64,000 nucleotides of DNA from Acutalibacteraceae bacterium (GCA_036308645.1 JAXJVH010000007.1:1-64000); one strand, 5' to 3'; shown: positions 1 through 9,995, counted from the stretch's first letter. The notes: generated from the letters alone by a model not told the origin. Program-made: numbers and translations.

Positions 1-127
1 GACGGAGGGAGAGAAAGAATAAAGATAGGTATATACTTTGGCTTTTCTCTCCCTCAGTCTCGCTTCGTTCGACAGCTCCCTCGTCAGAGGGAGCCAATCT
101 ATGTCCCAACTTTTGCAAAAGAACCTT
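1..127 (+). repeat. Copy 1 (3' part, cut by the window edge) of a GGAGGGAG-rich multi-hairpin intergenic repeat. Contains the 3' inverted-repeat arm CTCCCTCGTCAGAGGGAG at 76-93.
   Basis: 122/127 identical to 11679-11805. Internal 12-bp stem GAGGGAGAGAAA/TTTCTCTCCCTC and a CCCTC-GTCA-GAGGG hairpin. Abuts the stop codon of the minus-strand acyl-CoA synthetase. Confidence 0.7.
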
Positions 128-136
128 TAATTTAGT

Positions 137-1780
137 TTATTTTACATCTCCGCGAATTTCTGCCCGACGGATTTTACCGCTGATTGTTTTAGGCAATTCA
201 TGAACAAACTCAATAATTCTCGGATATTTATAAGGTGCGGTATGTGTTTTTACATACTCTTTAAGCTCGGTTTTTAACTCCTCGCTGCCCTCATAACCGC
301 TGACTAATACGATTGTAGCTTTTACAACAAATCCTCGTTCCTCATCGGGAACGCCCGTAATAGCACATTCCTGAACGCTTTCGTGTTTCATAAGTACATT
401 TTCAATCTCAAACGGTCCTATTCTGTACCCGCTTGATTTTATAACATCATCTTTACGGCTGACATACCAATAATAACCGTCTTTATCGGCATAAGCCAAA
501 TCGCCTGTATGATAAACATTATCAATAAATACTCTTGAATCATCATTACCGCTGTCACCTCGGGAAATGCAGATTCCGTCATCTCTGTCACCGTTTGTTA
601 TAACAACTATCTCGCCTGTTTCATCAGGCTCACATTCTTCGCCGTTATCTTTTACGATTTTCACATTATATAGCGGCGAAGGCTTTCCGATTGAGCCTAC
701 CTTAACATCACAACCGACCAGATTTCCTATCAAAAGTGTTGTTTCGGTCTGACCGAAGCCCTCTCTGATAAGCAGTCCTGTTACATTCTCAAACTGTTCA
801 ATAATGCTTGGGTTAAGCGATTCGCCTGCGGTTGTAACATAAGAAACATTTTTAAAGTCTTCCGCTTTAAATCCGTTTTTAACAATAAAACGGTAAACCG
901 TAGGCGGTGCACAAAAAGTAGTAACACCGTAATCTCTGATTACTCTTAAGATTTCATCACTGTTAAAGCGTTCATAATCATAAACCATTACAGCAGTACC
1001 GCAAAGCCACTGACCGTAAATTTTACCCCAGGAAGCCTTGCCCCAGCCTGTATCCGAAACAGTTAAATGCAATCCGCCGTCCTTTACATTCTGCCAATAT
1101 TTCGCTGTGATAATATGAGCAAGCGGATAGGTAAAGTTGTGAGTAACAGGCTTTGGATAACCTGTTGTACCCGAAGTAAAATACAGTATAAACGGCTCGT
1201 CAATTTTTGTATCTACTCTTTCAAAATCAGCCGATTCCGTTTTAATTGCTTCATCAAGGCGGATAAATCCGTCAACATCTTTTCTGACGCAAAATAGTTT
1301 CTGAAGATTTTCACATTCAGCCTTTGACTCATAAACGCAATGTGAAACTCTGTCCTCACCTGTGCAAATAACAGCTTTAACATCAATACAGTTTACTCGG
1401 TAAACAATATCCTCTGTTTTTAAAAGATGTGTAGCGGGAACTGCAACTGCGCCGATTTTATGAAGTGCGGTAATTGTGTACCAATATTCATAGTTACGCT
1501 TTAAAATAAGCATAACCTTATCGCCTTTTTTTATGCCCTGTTTGGTAAGAAAATTAGCGGTTTTTGATGATAAATCCGACATTTCTTTAAATGTAAAGGT
1601 ACGCTCATAACCGTTTTCATCAAGGTAAATAAGTGCTTTTTTGTCCGGCTCTGCCGATGCAATTGCATCAACAACATCATAGCCGAAATTAAAGTTTTCA
1701 GGGCAGTCTATTTTAAAATCAATAAGTCTGCCGTTTTCATCAAATTTACTTTTACTGTATTTTTTATAAATAGGTTCCAT
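137..1780 (-). CDS. AMP-dependent acyl-CoA synthetase/ligase (ACS / medium-chain acyl-CoA ligase family)
   Basis: 547 aa with the AMP-binding signature FTSGTTGYPKPV and a C-terminal ISGKIRR-type lysine motif. Confidence 0.8.
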   Translation of the reverse strand: MEPIYKKYSKSKFDENGRLIDFKIDCPENFNFGYDVVDAIASAEPDKKALIYLDENGYERTFTFKEMSDLSSKTANFLTKQGIKKGDKVMLILKRNYEYWYTITALHKIGAVAVPATHLLKTEDIVYRVNCIDVKAVICTGEDRVSHCVYESKAECENLQKLFCVRKDVDGFIRLDEAIKTESADFERVDTKIDEPFILYFTSGTTGYPKPVTHNFTYPLAHIITAKYWQNVKDGGLHLTVSDTGWGKASWGKIYGQWLCGTAVMVYDYERFNSDEILRVIRDYGVTTFCAPPTVYRFIVKNGFKAEDFKNVSYVTTAGESLNPSIIEQFENVTGLLIREGFGQTETTLLIGNLVGCDVKVGSIGKPSPLYNVKIVKDNGEECEPDETGEIVVITNGDRDDGICISRGDSGNDDSRVFIDNVYHTGDLAYADKDGYYWYVSRKDDVIKSSGYRIGPFEIENVLMKHESVQECAITGVPDEERGFVVKATIVLVSGYEGSEELKTELKEYVKTHTAPYKYPRIIEFVHELPKTISGKIRRAEIRGDVK

Positions 1781-2571
1781 TATATTTCCTGCTCCTCAAA
1801 AATACCTATATTTCTAAATCTTTGATATCTCTTTTCGGTTAATCTTGCGTCGTTTCTTTTAAGCAGATGCTTAACGTCAGCGTAAAGAGATTCTTTCATA
1901 TTTTGGCACATTGCCTTAAAATTATCAAAATTCTCGCTAAAAATATCTTCGGCAACTCCGAGTTCTTTCATATCCTCTGCGGTAATATGCATACAATCCG
2001 CCGCTTCAGGCGCTTTGTTAGAATCTTTCCACAAAATGCTTGCACAGCCTTCAGGCGAAATTACCGAATAAACTGCGTTTTCAAGCATATAAACCTTATC
2101 CGCAGCGGCAAGAGCCAACGCACCGCCCGAACCGCCTTCGCCGATAACAACAGTAACAACAGGTGTTTTAAGTCCCATCATTTCCATAATATTTTCGGCA
2201 ATAGCCTGTCCCTGACCGCGTTCCTCTGCTTCTGCTCCGGGATATGCGCCTGATGTATCAACAAAACAAATAACAGGGCGGTGAAATTTTTCAGCCTGTT
2301 TCATAAGTCGTAGTGCTTTTCTGTAGCCCTCAGGTTTCGGGCAACCGAAATTATTTGTAATTCTTTCATTAATATCCTTACCCTTATCAATCGCAATAAA
2401 GGTAACAGGCTGATCCTTTAAAAATCCTATGCCTGCACAAATAGCAGGGTCTTCACCGTAACGCCTGTCACCGTGAAGCTCAACTCTGTCTGTAAAAATT
2501 CCCTCAATATATTCTCTGCCTGTAGGGCGTTTATTTTGTCTGATAGCCTTTATTTTTTCATAAGCAGTCAT
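1780..2571 (-). CDS. accA: Acetyl-CoA carboxylase carboxyltransferase alpha subunit
   Basis: 263 aa with a short N-terminus; conserved AccA core (VICFVDTSGAYPG, GEGGSGGALA). Confidence 0.85.
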   Translation of the reverse strand: MTAYEKIKAIRQNKRPTGREYIEGIFTDRVELHGDRRYGEDPAICAGIGFLKDQPVTFIAIDKGKDINERITNNFGCPKPEGYRKALRLMKQAEKFHRPVICFVDTSGAYPGAEAEERGQGQAIAENIMEMMGLKTPVVTVVIGEGGSGGALALAAADKVYMLENAVYSVISPEGCASILWKDSNKAPEAADCMHITAEDMKELGVAEDIFSENFDNFKAMCQNMKESLYADVKHLLKRNDARLTEKRYQRFRNIGIFEEQEI

Positions 2572-2582
2572 TTTAAGTTACC

Positions 2583-3410
2583 TCACTTTGTATGAGCTTT
2601 TAAAAGAGTCATAATCGTTTGTTTTAAATCCTTACGCTCAACAATATTATCAATAAAGCCATGTTCGAGCAAAAACTCTGCGCTCTGGAAGTTGTCAGGC
2701 AAAGCGGTTTTTGTTGTCTGCTCCACAACTCGTCTGCCAGCAAATCCTACAAGCGCTTTAGGCTCGGCAAGAATAATATCTCCCTGCATTGCAAATGAAG
2801 CGGTAACACCGCCTGTTGTGGGGTCGGTAAGTACGGTAATATAAAGATTGCCCGATTCGGAATGTCTTTTCACAGCGCCGCTTGTTTTTGCCATCTGCAT
2901 AAGCGATACAATTCCCTCCTGCATTCTTGCACCGCCCGAAGCGGTAAAGCCGATAACAGGCAAATTATTCTCGGTAGCATACTCGAAAAGTCTTGTTATC
3001 TTTTCGCCTACCGCCGAACCCATACTCGCCATAATAAAACGTGCGTCCATAACAAAAACCGCACATTCCATACCGTCGATTTTCACAGTACCTGTTAAAA
3101 CAGCTTCATTTTCGCCTGTAGTATTTTTAGCCTTTTCAAGTTTCTCCGAATAAGAAGGAAATTCAAAAAAGTCTTTACTTACAACGCCTTTATCAAGCTC
3201 TGTAAAACTGCCTTTATCAGCAATAAGCTTTATTCTGTCACGTGGGATAATTCTCATATATCTTCCGCAATGAGGACAAATATAGTAGTTTTTAATAAGT
3301 ACAGCCCTGTCGGTTTCGGTTTTACAAGCACCGCATTGGGCAGGCTTTTTAGCGGTTGTTTTAAGAAGCTCTTTAACACCGCCGTCTTTTTTCTTAATAA
3401 AATCAAACAT
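2583..3410 (-). CDS. accD: Acetyl-CoA carboxylase carboxyltransferase beta subunit
   Basis: N-terminal CxxC...CxxC zinc ribbon plus the carboxyltransferase domain; lies directly upstream of accA. Confidence 0.85.
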   Translation of the reverse strand: MFDFIKKKDGGVKELLKTTAKKPAQCGACKTETDRAVLIKNYYICPHCGRYMRIIPRDRIKLIADKGSFTELDKGVVSKDFFEFPSYSEKLEKAKNTTGENEAVLTGTVKIDGMECAVFVMDARFIMASMGSAVGEKITRLFEYATENNLPVIGFTASGGARMQEGIVSLMQMAKTSGAVKRHSESGNLYITVLTDPTTGGVTASFAMQGDIILAEPKALVGFAGRRVVEQTTKTALPDNFQSAEFLLEHGFIDNIVERKDLKQTIMTLLKAHTK

Positions 3411-3415
3411 AAAAA

Positions 3416-3847
3416 CTACACCTCTTTATCCTGCGGAATAACTGCAAAAGAAAATGAAGCGCTGACGCAAAGTTTTCCGTCAACAAAGCCTTTACCCTGC
3501 GCCCAGTAAAACACGCCTTTTGATTTAGTGATAGTTACTTCGGTGCAAAAAGTATCTCCGGGTTTTACCTGATTTTTAAATCTCACTTTGTCAAGTCCCG
3601 TAAAAAGTGTTGAAACATTTTTACCCTCTGCCTTTTCTGCAATTAAAACGCAAGCTGACTGCGCCAAAATTTCACAAAGAATAACACCCGGTACTATTGG
3701 ATTTCCGGGAAAATGACCGTCTAAAAAGAATTCATCACCGGTAATATATTTTTTTGCTTTTCCCACTCCGTTTTCAGCAACCGCTTCATCTAAAAGCAAC
3801 ATACTGTTACGGTGAGGTAAAATATTCATAAGTTCCTGTTTATTCAT
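3416..3847 (-). CDS. fabZ: 3-hydroxyacyl-ACP dehydratase
   Basis: 143 aa hot-dog fold with a FabZ-like N-terminus (LPHRNSMLLLDE). Confidence 0.85.
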   Translation of the reverse strand: MNKQELMNILPHRNSMLLLDEAVAENGVGKAKKYITGDEFFLDGHFPGNPIVPGVILCEILAQSACVLIAEKAEGKNVSTLFTGLDKVRFKNQVKPGDTFCTEVTITKSKGVFYWAQGKGFVDGKLCVSASFSFAVIPQDKEV

Positions 3848-3850
3848 AGT

Positions 3851-5080
3851 TTAATCCTCGTATTTTTTAAATGCCAGACAAGCATTATGACCGCCGAAGC
3901 CGAGTGAAGTTGAAATAGCATATTTAATTGCTTTTTCTTTTGCAACATTCGGAGTATAATCAAGATCTAATTCTTCATCAGGCTCTAAATAGTTGATTGT
4001 CGGCGGAATTATACCGTCCTCAAGTGCCTTTATGCAAGCGATTGCCTCTGCCGCACCTGCCGCACCGAGCATGTGGCCTGTCATTGACTTTGTCGAACTG
4101 ATAGAAAGCTCTTTTGCACCGTCGCCGAATGCTCTTTTAAAAGCTCTTGTTTCGGTAGCGTCATTAAGCGGAGTTGAAGTGCCGTGAGCATTAATATAAA
4201 GTTCCGAAGGATTTACTTCTTCATCTTTAAGCGCCATATTGATGGCTTTTGCAACATATTCAGCCTCAGGATTTGGGGCAGTAATATGGTGAGCGTCACA
4301 AGTAGCGCCGTAGCCTACAACCTCTGCGTAAATATGAGCGCCTCTTTTTACTGCGTTTTCATAATCTTCAAGAATAAGAGTTGCAGCACCCTCACCCATT
4401 ACAAAACCGCTTCTGCGTTTATCAAACGGAATAGAAGCCGCATTTATATCTTCGCTTTGAGTAAGAGCCATACAGTTAGAAAAGCCTGCTACGGTCAGCG
4501 GAGTAACTGCCGCCTCCGAGCCGCCGCAAACAGCCGCTTTAAGATAACCGTCTTTAATTGCTCTGTACGCCTCGCCGATAGCGGTTGTGCCTGTAGCGCA
4601 AGCGGTTGAGATTGACATTGTGCTTCCGTGTGCATTGTATCTGATAGCAATTTGACCTGCCGCAATATTAATAATCATTTTTGCAACAAACTGCGGATTT
4701 ACTCTTCTTGAACCTTTTTCAAGAAGATGAATATGCTCCTCGCAAAGCGTATTGATACCGCCTACGCCCGAGCCGAAATACACACCGAATTCATCAGGCT
4801 CAACCTTGCCTATAATTCCGCTGTCCTCAATCGCTTCATCGGTACTGTAAAGCGCATATTGAGTATAAAGGTCGGTTTTTCCGATAAAACCTTTTTCAAA
4901 TCTGTCAAGCGGATTAAAGTCCTTTACTTCACCTGCAACATGAGCCTTAAAGCCCTCTGTATCAAATTTAGAAATTCTGTCGATACCGTTTTTGCCGTTT
5001 TTAAGTCCCTGCCAATAGTCTTTTGCATTGTTTCCGAGCGGTGTTACCGCACCGATACCTGTTACAACTACTCTGTTCAT
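3851..5080 (-). CDS. fabF: Beta-ketoacyl-ACP synthase II
   Basis: 409 aa KAS I/II family (active-site Cys context ISTACATG, C-terminal GFGGHNA). Confidence 0.85.
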   Translation of the reverse strand: MNRVVVTGIGAVTPLGNNAKDYWQGLKNGKNGIDRISKFDTEGFKAHVAGEVKDFNPLDRFEKGFIGKTDLYTQYALYSTDEAIEDSGIIGKVEPDEFGVYFGSGVGGINTLCEEHIHLLEKGSRRVNPQFVAKMIINIAAGQIAIRYNAHGSTMSISTACATGTTAIGEAYRAIKDGYLKAAVCGGSEAAVTPLTVAGFSNCMALTQSEDINAASIPFDKRRSGFVMGEGAATLILEDYENAVKRGAHIYAEVVGYGATCDAHHITAPNPEAEYVAKAINMALKDEEVNPSELYINAHGTSTPLNDATETRAFKRAFGDGAKELSISSTKSMTGHMLGAAGAAEAIACIKALEDGIIPPTINYLEPDEELDLDYTPNVAKEKAIKYAISTSLGFGGHNACLAFKKYED

Positions 5081-5092
5081 TTGTTGTACCTC

Positions 5093-5827
5093 CTACATAG
5101 CAAGGCCGCCGTCAATGCGGATAACCTCGCCTGTTATATAGTTAGATTTATCGCTTGCTAAAAACAGAACAAGCTCTGCCACTTCTTCAGGCTCTCCCAT
5201 TCGTTTCATAGGGAGCGAATCAATAAGTTCTTCATTTTCGGCAAAAGATGTTGTCATTGGAGTTTTAATAAATCCGGGTGCTACTGCGTTACAGCAAATA
5301 CCTCTTGAAGCTAACTCCTTTGCAACTGATTTTGTAAGACCTACAATACCTGCTTTTGAAGCGGAATAATTAACCTGACCGGCATTTCCCATAAGTCCCG
5401 AAACAGAACTCATATTAATGATTTTACCGCTTTTCTGTTTTGCAAATAACGGGTAAACCTGTTTTATTGCATTAAATACGCCTTTAAGGTTTACATTGAT
5501 TACCGAGTCAAAATCAGCCTCTTTCATACTGAGAAGTAATTTATCTCTTGTAATTCCTGCATTATTTACAAGAATATCAATATGACCGAAATCATTTACT
5601 ATCTCTTTAAAAACTGCCTTTGCGGCATCAAAATCCGAAATATCGCAGGAATATGCTTTGCCCTTTACGCCCTTACTTTCAAAATAAGCAACCGCATCAG
5701 CGGCTTTCTCTGTTTCGCTGATATCAAGAATTGCTACATCAGCACCGTTATCTGCAAATTTTTTGGCAATCTGAAGACCTATTCCCTGATAGCCGCCTGT
5801 AACAACCGCAACCTTTCCTTTAAGCAT
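5093..5827 (-). CDS. fabG: 3-oxoacyl-ACP reductase (SDR)
   Basis: 244 aa short-chain dehydrogenase with TGGYQGIG and NNAG motifs, inside the fab cluster. Confidence 0.8.
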   Translation of the reverse strand: MLKGKVAVVTGGYQGIGLQIAKKFADNGADVAILDISETEKAADAVAYFESKGVKGKAYSCDISDFDAAKAVFKEIVNDFGHIDILVNNAGITRDKLLLSMKEADFDSVINVNLKGVFNAIKQVYPLFAKQKSGKIINMSSVSGLMGNAGQVNYSASKAGIVGLTKSVAKELASRGICCNAVAPGFIKTPMTTSFAENEELIDSLPMKRMGEPEEVAELVLFLASDKSNYITGEVIRIDGGLAM

Positions 5828-6737
5828 TTACTATAAGCTCCTTTACTACAATTTCGGCTTCTTCTTTAGTAGAAACCGCATAAGTTTTGCACTCCGGTGC
5901 AATTTTTTCAACAAGCTTTTTGAGTGTATTGCCACAGCCTGTTTCAATAAATGTATCAAAACCGTTATCCACCATATCAAGAATAATATCCGACCATTTT
6001 ACAGGGTGGTTAATCTGGTTTTTAAGTTTGTCCTTAACATCGCCCTCGTAAGGCTTTGCGGTATAGTTTGAATAAGACGTAATTGAAGGCTCTTTAATAT
6101 CGGCGGTTTTAAGCACCTCGCCGAATTCCTCTGCCGCCTCGTCCATAAAAGGCGAATGAAAACCGCCGCTTACTTTTAGCGGTAATGCTCTGCCCTTTTC
6201 TTCCTTTGCAAGTTCGGATATTTTTGCAATAGCCTCGGCAGTACCCGATACAACAAGTTGACCGGGTGAATTATAGTTAACGGGATAGGCGCCTGCTTTT
6301 TCGCAAAGTTCCTCAACCTTTTCATTTGAAAGTTTTATAATAGCCGCCATCATAGCAGGGTGTTTTTCAGCCGCTTTTCCCATAGCCTCGCCTCGCTTGC
6401 AGACAAGTGAAAAGCCTTCTTCATCGGAATAAGCACCGCTGTAAGCCAATGCCGCAATTTCACCTAAAGAGAAACCTGCAACTGCGTCGGGCTTTACTCC
6501 CATTGATTCGAGCGCTCTTGCCGCACCGAGATCTGCAAGATACATACAGGGTTGAGTGTTTACTGTCTGTTTAAGTTCTGCCTCGTCGCCCGAAAACATT
6601 AAATTAAGCGTACCTTTTCGCATTTCTTCCGCTTTATCAAACAAATCTTTAACGCAAGGCACATTATCATAAAGATCTTTACCCATACCGATAAACTGTG
6701 CGCCCTGTCCTGAAAACATAAATGCTATTTTACCCAT
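5820..6737 (-). CDS. fabD: Malonyl-CoA:ACP transacylase
   Basis: 305 aa with FMFSGQGAQ and the GFSLGE active-site motif. Confidence 0.85.
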   Translation of the reverse strand: MGKIAFMFSGQGAQFIGMGKDLYDNVPCVKDLFDKAEEMRKGTLNLMFSGDEAELKQTVNTQPCMYLADLGAARALESMGVKPDAVAGFSLGEIAALAYSGAYSDEEGFSLVCKRGEAMGKAAEKHPAMMAAIIKLSNEKVEELCEKAGAYPVNYNSPGQLVVSGTAEAIAKISELAKEEKGRALPLKVSGGFHSPFMDEAAEEFGEVLKTADIKEPSITSYSNYTAKPYEGDVKDKLKNQINHPVKWSDIILDMVDNGFDTFIETGCGNTLKKLVEKIAPECKTYAVSTKEEAEIVVKELIVNA

Positions 6738-7675
6738 GTTTCTGCTCCTTTTAAAACTTTCTCTGCACCGAATACTACGTCTTCGATAATCTCTTTAGCG
6801 GTCTGTTCCTCTTTAACAAGTCCCGAAATCTGACCTGCCAAGAAGCAACCTTCGGTTTTGTTGCCGTCAACCGCCGCTTTTCTTAATGAGCCTACGCCGA
6901 GTTCTGCAACATCTTCGGCAGTAGTTTCGGGTAAATATTCTTTTTTAAGAAAATCTCTTGCAAACTGATTCTTTATGCAACGGCAGGTGTTTCCGCCAAA
7001 TCGTCTGCCGGTTGTAACGGTTGAAATATCCGACGCTTTAAGCACCATTTCTTTATAAGTGCTGTGAACGTTGCATTCTTTAGCACAAAGAAATCTTGTT
7101 CCCATCTGAACACCGCAAGCGCCGAGCATTATAGACGCCGCCAAACCTCTGCCGTCTGCAATACCGCCTGCCGCAATAACCGGAATATCAACTGCGTCGC
7201 AAACCTGAGGCACAAGCGCCATAGTTGTAAGTTCGCCGATATGTCCACCCGACTCCTGACCTTCTGCAATAACTGCGTCTGCACCTGCTCGAGCGGCAGA
7301 TTTTGCCATAGCGGCAGAAGCGATTACCGGAATAACCTTAATTCCTGCCTCTTTCCACATAGGTATGTATTTTGAAGGGCTTCCTGCACCTGTTGTAACT
7401 ACCTTAACACCCTGCTCAACAACAATCTCTGCGGCTCTTGGTGCTAAAGGACTTTGAAGCATTAAATTTACGCCGAAAGGCTTACAGGTAAGTTTTTTTG
7501 CAATATTAATCTGTTCAATGAGATGTTCTTCACCCGCATTCATTGCGGTGATAATACCAAGACCGCCTGCATTTGAAACTGCGGCAGCCAACTCTCCGTC
7601 TGCAATCCAAGCCATACCGCCTTGAATTACGGGATATTCTATATTTAAAAGTTCACATAACGGTGAATTAATCAT
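6725..7675 (-). CDS. fabK: Enoyl-ACP reductase II (FMN-dependent, nitronate-monooxygenase fold)
   Basis: Conserved start MINSPLCELLNIEYPVIQGGMAW with a GAAAGGAAAA RBS upstream. The longer ORF on the track (to 7732) reads through an upstream hairpin and is probably not translated. Confidence 0.75.
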   Translation of the reverse strand: MINSPLCELLNIEYPVIQGGMAWIADGELAAAVSNAGGLGIITAMNAGEEHLIEQINIAKKLTCKPFGVNLMLQSPLAPRAAEIVVEQGVKVVTTGAGSPSKYIPMWKEAGIKVIPVIASAAMAKSAARAGADAVIAEGQESGGHIGELTTMALVPQVCDAVDIPVIAAGGIADGRGLAASIMLGACGVQMGTRFLCAKECNVHSTYKEMVLKASDISTVTTGRRFGGNTCRCIKNQFARDFLKKEYLPETTAEDVAELGVGSLRKAAVDGNKTEGCFLAGQISGLVKEEQTAKEIIEDVVFGAEKVLKGAETWVK

Positions 7676-7703
7676 TTTTATTTTCCTTTCAGGCTTCTTT
7701 TTA

Positions 7704-7730
7704 GCGATGCCTGAAATAAACAGGCATCGC
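7704..7730 (-). other. Perfect 10-bp-stem hairpin (GCGATGCCTG-AAATAAA-CAGGCATCGC) between acpP and fabK with no U-tract
   Basis: Seen directly in the sequence; no T-run on either side. Confidence 0.4.
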
Positions 7731-7758
7731 ACAAAAGAGAGAATTCTCGAAATAATAA

Positions 7759-7974
7759 TTAGCCTTTGATTTCGTTGATTTTGTCTACAACAGCGCCAAC
7801 GGTTGTAAGTGACTGATCCATTTCCATCTCGATGTCAAATTCATCTTCGATATTCATTACCAATTCAGCTACGTCGAGTGAATCAATACCGAGATCAGCG
7901 AATTTTGTATCGCGAGTAATGTCTTCTGCATCAACCTTTTCTTTTAAAAGCTCGATTACTTTTTCTTCTACCAT
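7759..7974 (-). CDS. acpP: Acyl carrier protein
   Basis: DLGIDSLD phosphopantetheine-attachment motif. Start MVEEK placed at 7974 with an AAGGAG RBS; the track ORF is N-terminally extended. Confidence 0.85.
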   Translation of the reverse strand: MVEEKVIELLKEKVDAEDITRDTKFADLGIDSLDVAELVMNIEDEFDIEMEMDQSLTTVGAVVDKINEIKG

Positions 7975-8027
7975 GGTTTGTATTCTCCTTAAAAATATAT
8001 TTTTAACCGATTGCTCGGATAAAGACT

Positions 8028-8981
8028 TTACCATCTGATAAGGCAAGCCGCATGAGCAAGTCCGCCGCCGAAAGCGGTCATTAACAACAAGTCGCCCTTT
8101 TCAAGTTTGCCTGCTTTTGCGTATTCGTCAAGCACCATAGGAATACTTGCGCTTGAAGTATTGCCGTAGCGTTCGATATTTACCATAAACTTATCCATAG
8201 GGATTTTAAGTTTTCTCGAAGCAAAATCAATTATTCTTGCGTTTGCCTGATGAGGTACAATATATTTAATATCTTCTGCGGTAAGGTTATTATCATCTAA
8301 CAACTTCTTAATATCGCCGCAGATAGCGTTTACTGCAAATTTAAAGGTTTCCTGACCTTTCATCATAATATAAGGCGCTTTCTCTTCCCCTTTATAAAAA
8401 GGTGATTTACCTATAAAATGAGGAATATCTATAACATCGTTACCGCCTTTAACGGTAAAGGTTGAATCAAGATAATTATCCCCCTCGGTAAGTACTGCCG
8501 CACCTGCGCCGTCGCCGAAAATAACACAGGTTGAACGGTCGTCCCAATCAACTATACCGCTCATACGCTCCGTACCCACTACAAGAACGTTTTTAACCTT
8601 TTTTCTTGCAAAATAGCCTGCGGCGGTTTCAAGCAAGAAGATAAAAGCCGAGCAAGCGGCGTTAATATCGTAAGCCATACAAGTAGCGCCGAGTCTGTTC
8701 TGAATCATACAGGACATTGACGGCGAAACGGTTTCACCGCTTACGGTAGCAACTAAAATAAGGTCAAGGTCATCAGCGGTGATATTGGCACTCTCAAGCG
8801 CTTTTACAGCCGCTTTATAACCCATTTCAGAGGTGGTTTCATTAGTGCTTACTCTACGCTCTGCAATACCAACGCGCTGACGAATCCACTCATCGTTTGT
8901 ATCGACGATTTTCGCCATATCATCGTTGGTTACTATCCTTTCGGGTGCATACATACCCGTACCGATTATTTTAAAACTCAT
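8028..8981 (-). CDS. fabH: Beta-ketoacyl-ACP synthase III
   Basis: 317 aa with an N-terminus typical of FabH (IGTGMYAPERIVTNDD) and a C-terminal GGGLAHAACLIRW. Confidence 0.85.
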   Translation of the reverse strand: MSFKIIGTGMYAPERIVTNDDMAKIVDTNDEWIRQRVGIAERRVSTNETTSEMGYKAAVKALESANITADDLDLILVATVSGETVSPSMSCMIQNRLGATCMAYDINAACSAFIFLLETAAGYFARKKVKNVLVVGTERMSGIVDWDDRSTCVIFGDGAGAAVLTEGDNYLDSTFTVKGGNDVIDIPHFIGKSPFYKGEEKAPYIMMKGQETFKFAVNAICGDIKKLLDDNNLTAEDIKYIVPHQANARIIDFASRKLKIPMDKFMVNIERYGNTSSASIPMVLDEYAKAGKLEKGDLLLMTAFGGGLAHAACLIRW

Positions 8982-9095
8982 ATTTTTTCCTCCGATATAG
9001 TTGACTTTTTTAGAAATTTTAATAAAATATTAATAAATACACTTCCGATTTATTGTAAAATATAAGTCGGATAAACCACTTACATATAGTTAGTG

Positions 9096-9109
9096 TCATA
9101 AATTTATGA
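9096..9109. promoter_or_regulatory. 14-bp perfect palindrome TCATAAATTTATGA in the fabH / ECF-sigma divergent intergenic region
   Basis: Seen directly; about 40 bp upstream of the sigma-factor TTG start. Confidence 0.25.
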
Positions 9110-9149
9110 TTTGGTTACAACTTTTTCAAAATTTTTTTGAGGTGAATCA

Positions 9150-9653
9150 TTGATTAATTTTGAAGACATCTATAACATCTATTTCAAAAGAGTTTTTGCC
9201 TTTTTATTTAAACTTTGTTCAGACTATTCTTTAGCGGAAGATTTAACTCAGGAAACCTTTTATCAGGCTTTCTCTTCGCTTAAAAATTTTAAAGGCAACA
9301 GCGATATTTTCACATGGCTTGCAACCATAGCGAAAAGATGTTATTATAAACATATTAAAAAAACAAAACATACGCTTGAATTTAACGGCGGATATATTTA
9401 TGAAATATGCGCCGATGAAGAAGAAATAGCGGATACACATGATGAAATACAGCGCAAAGAGTTAAGTTGTGTTATTAATAACCTGCTTGAAACCCTGCCT
9501 GAAAAGCAGCACGATGTTGTGATTTTGCGTATTTATGCCGATTTGTCATTTAAAGAAATTGCCAAAGCGCTTTCAATCAGCGAAAGTTCTGCTAAAGTAT
9601 TGTTTTTCAGAGCGAAAAACGCAATTGCAGATGAACTTGAAAAGGAGATATAA
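9150..9653 (+). CDS. ECF-type RNA polymerase sigma-70 factor
   Basis: 167 aa with sigma70 region 2 (DLTQETFYQAF) and region 4 (HTH, LSFKEIAKALSISESSAKV). TTG start with a GAGGTG RBS. Confidence 0.75.
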   Translation: MINFEDIYNIYFKRVFAFLFKLCSDYSLAEDLTQETFYQAFSSLKNFKGNSDIFTWLATIAKRCYYKHIKKTKHTLEFNGGYIYEICADEEEIADTHDEIQRKELSCVINNLLETLPEKQHDVVILRIYADLSFKEIAKALSISESSAKVLFFRAKNAIADELEKEI

Positions 9654-9656
9654 ATT

Positions 9657-9995
9657 ATGAGTTTGAATTGTGATATTGTAAAAGATATGGTTGTGCTTTA
9701 TAAAGATGATTGTGTTAACGAAAGTACCAAAGCACAGATTAATGAGCATTTGTGCGAATGTAAATCTTGCAGAAAATACTATAAAAGTTATGAAAATCTT
9801 CAATGTGATGAGCAAAGCGCTTTTGTAAGCGAGCCTGAAAAATTTGAAACCAATAAGGATTTCGGCAGTCTTGCAAAAAGACTTAAAATTAAAAGTCTTG
9901 TACGTGACATTCTGTTTTCTGCCGCAATTTTAGCGTCGGTATTTATAACTCTTGCCGTTGCAAAAAGCATTTGGAACGATAAAAGCGGCAAATAA
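9657..9995 (+). CDS. Anti-sigma factor, zf-HC2 zinc-finger type with a C-terminal transmembrane helix
   Basis: HxxxCxxC motif (EHLCECKSCRKYY), C-terminal hydrophobic helix, and translational coupling to the sigma factor (4-nt gap). Confidence 0.6.
   Translation: MSLNCDIVKDMVVLYKDDCVNESTKAQINEHLCECKSCRKYYKSYENLQCDEQSAFVSEPEKFETNKDFGSLAKRLKIKSLVRDILFSAAILASVFITLAVAKSIWNDKSGK

Noticed and set aside
7676-7732. N-terminal extensions of fabK (to 7732), acpP (to 8046), argG (to 56832), nhaC (to 60142) and the CDF transporter (from 28669) suggested by the longest-ORF track
   Set aside because: Internal Met codons with good Shine-Dalgarno sequences coincide with the conserved family N-termini. The extensions run through hairpins and leaders and are probably untranslated.
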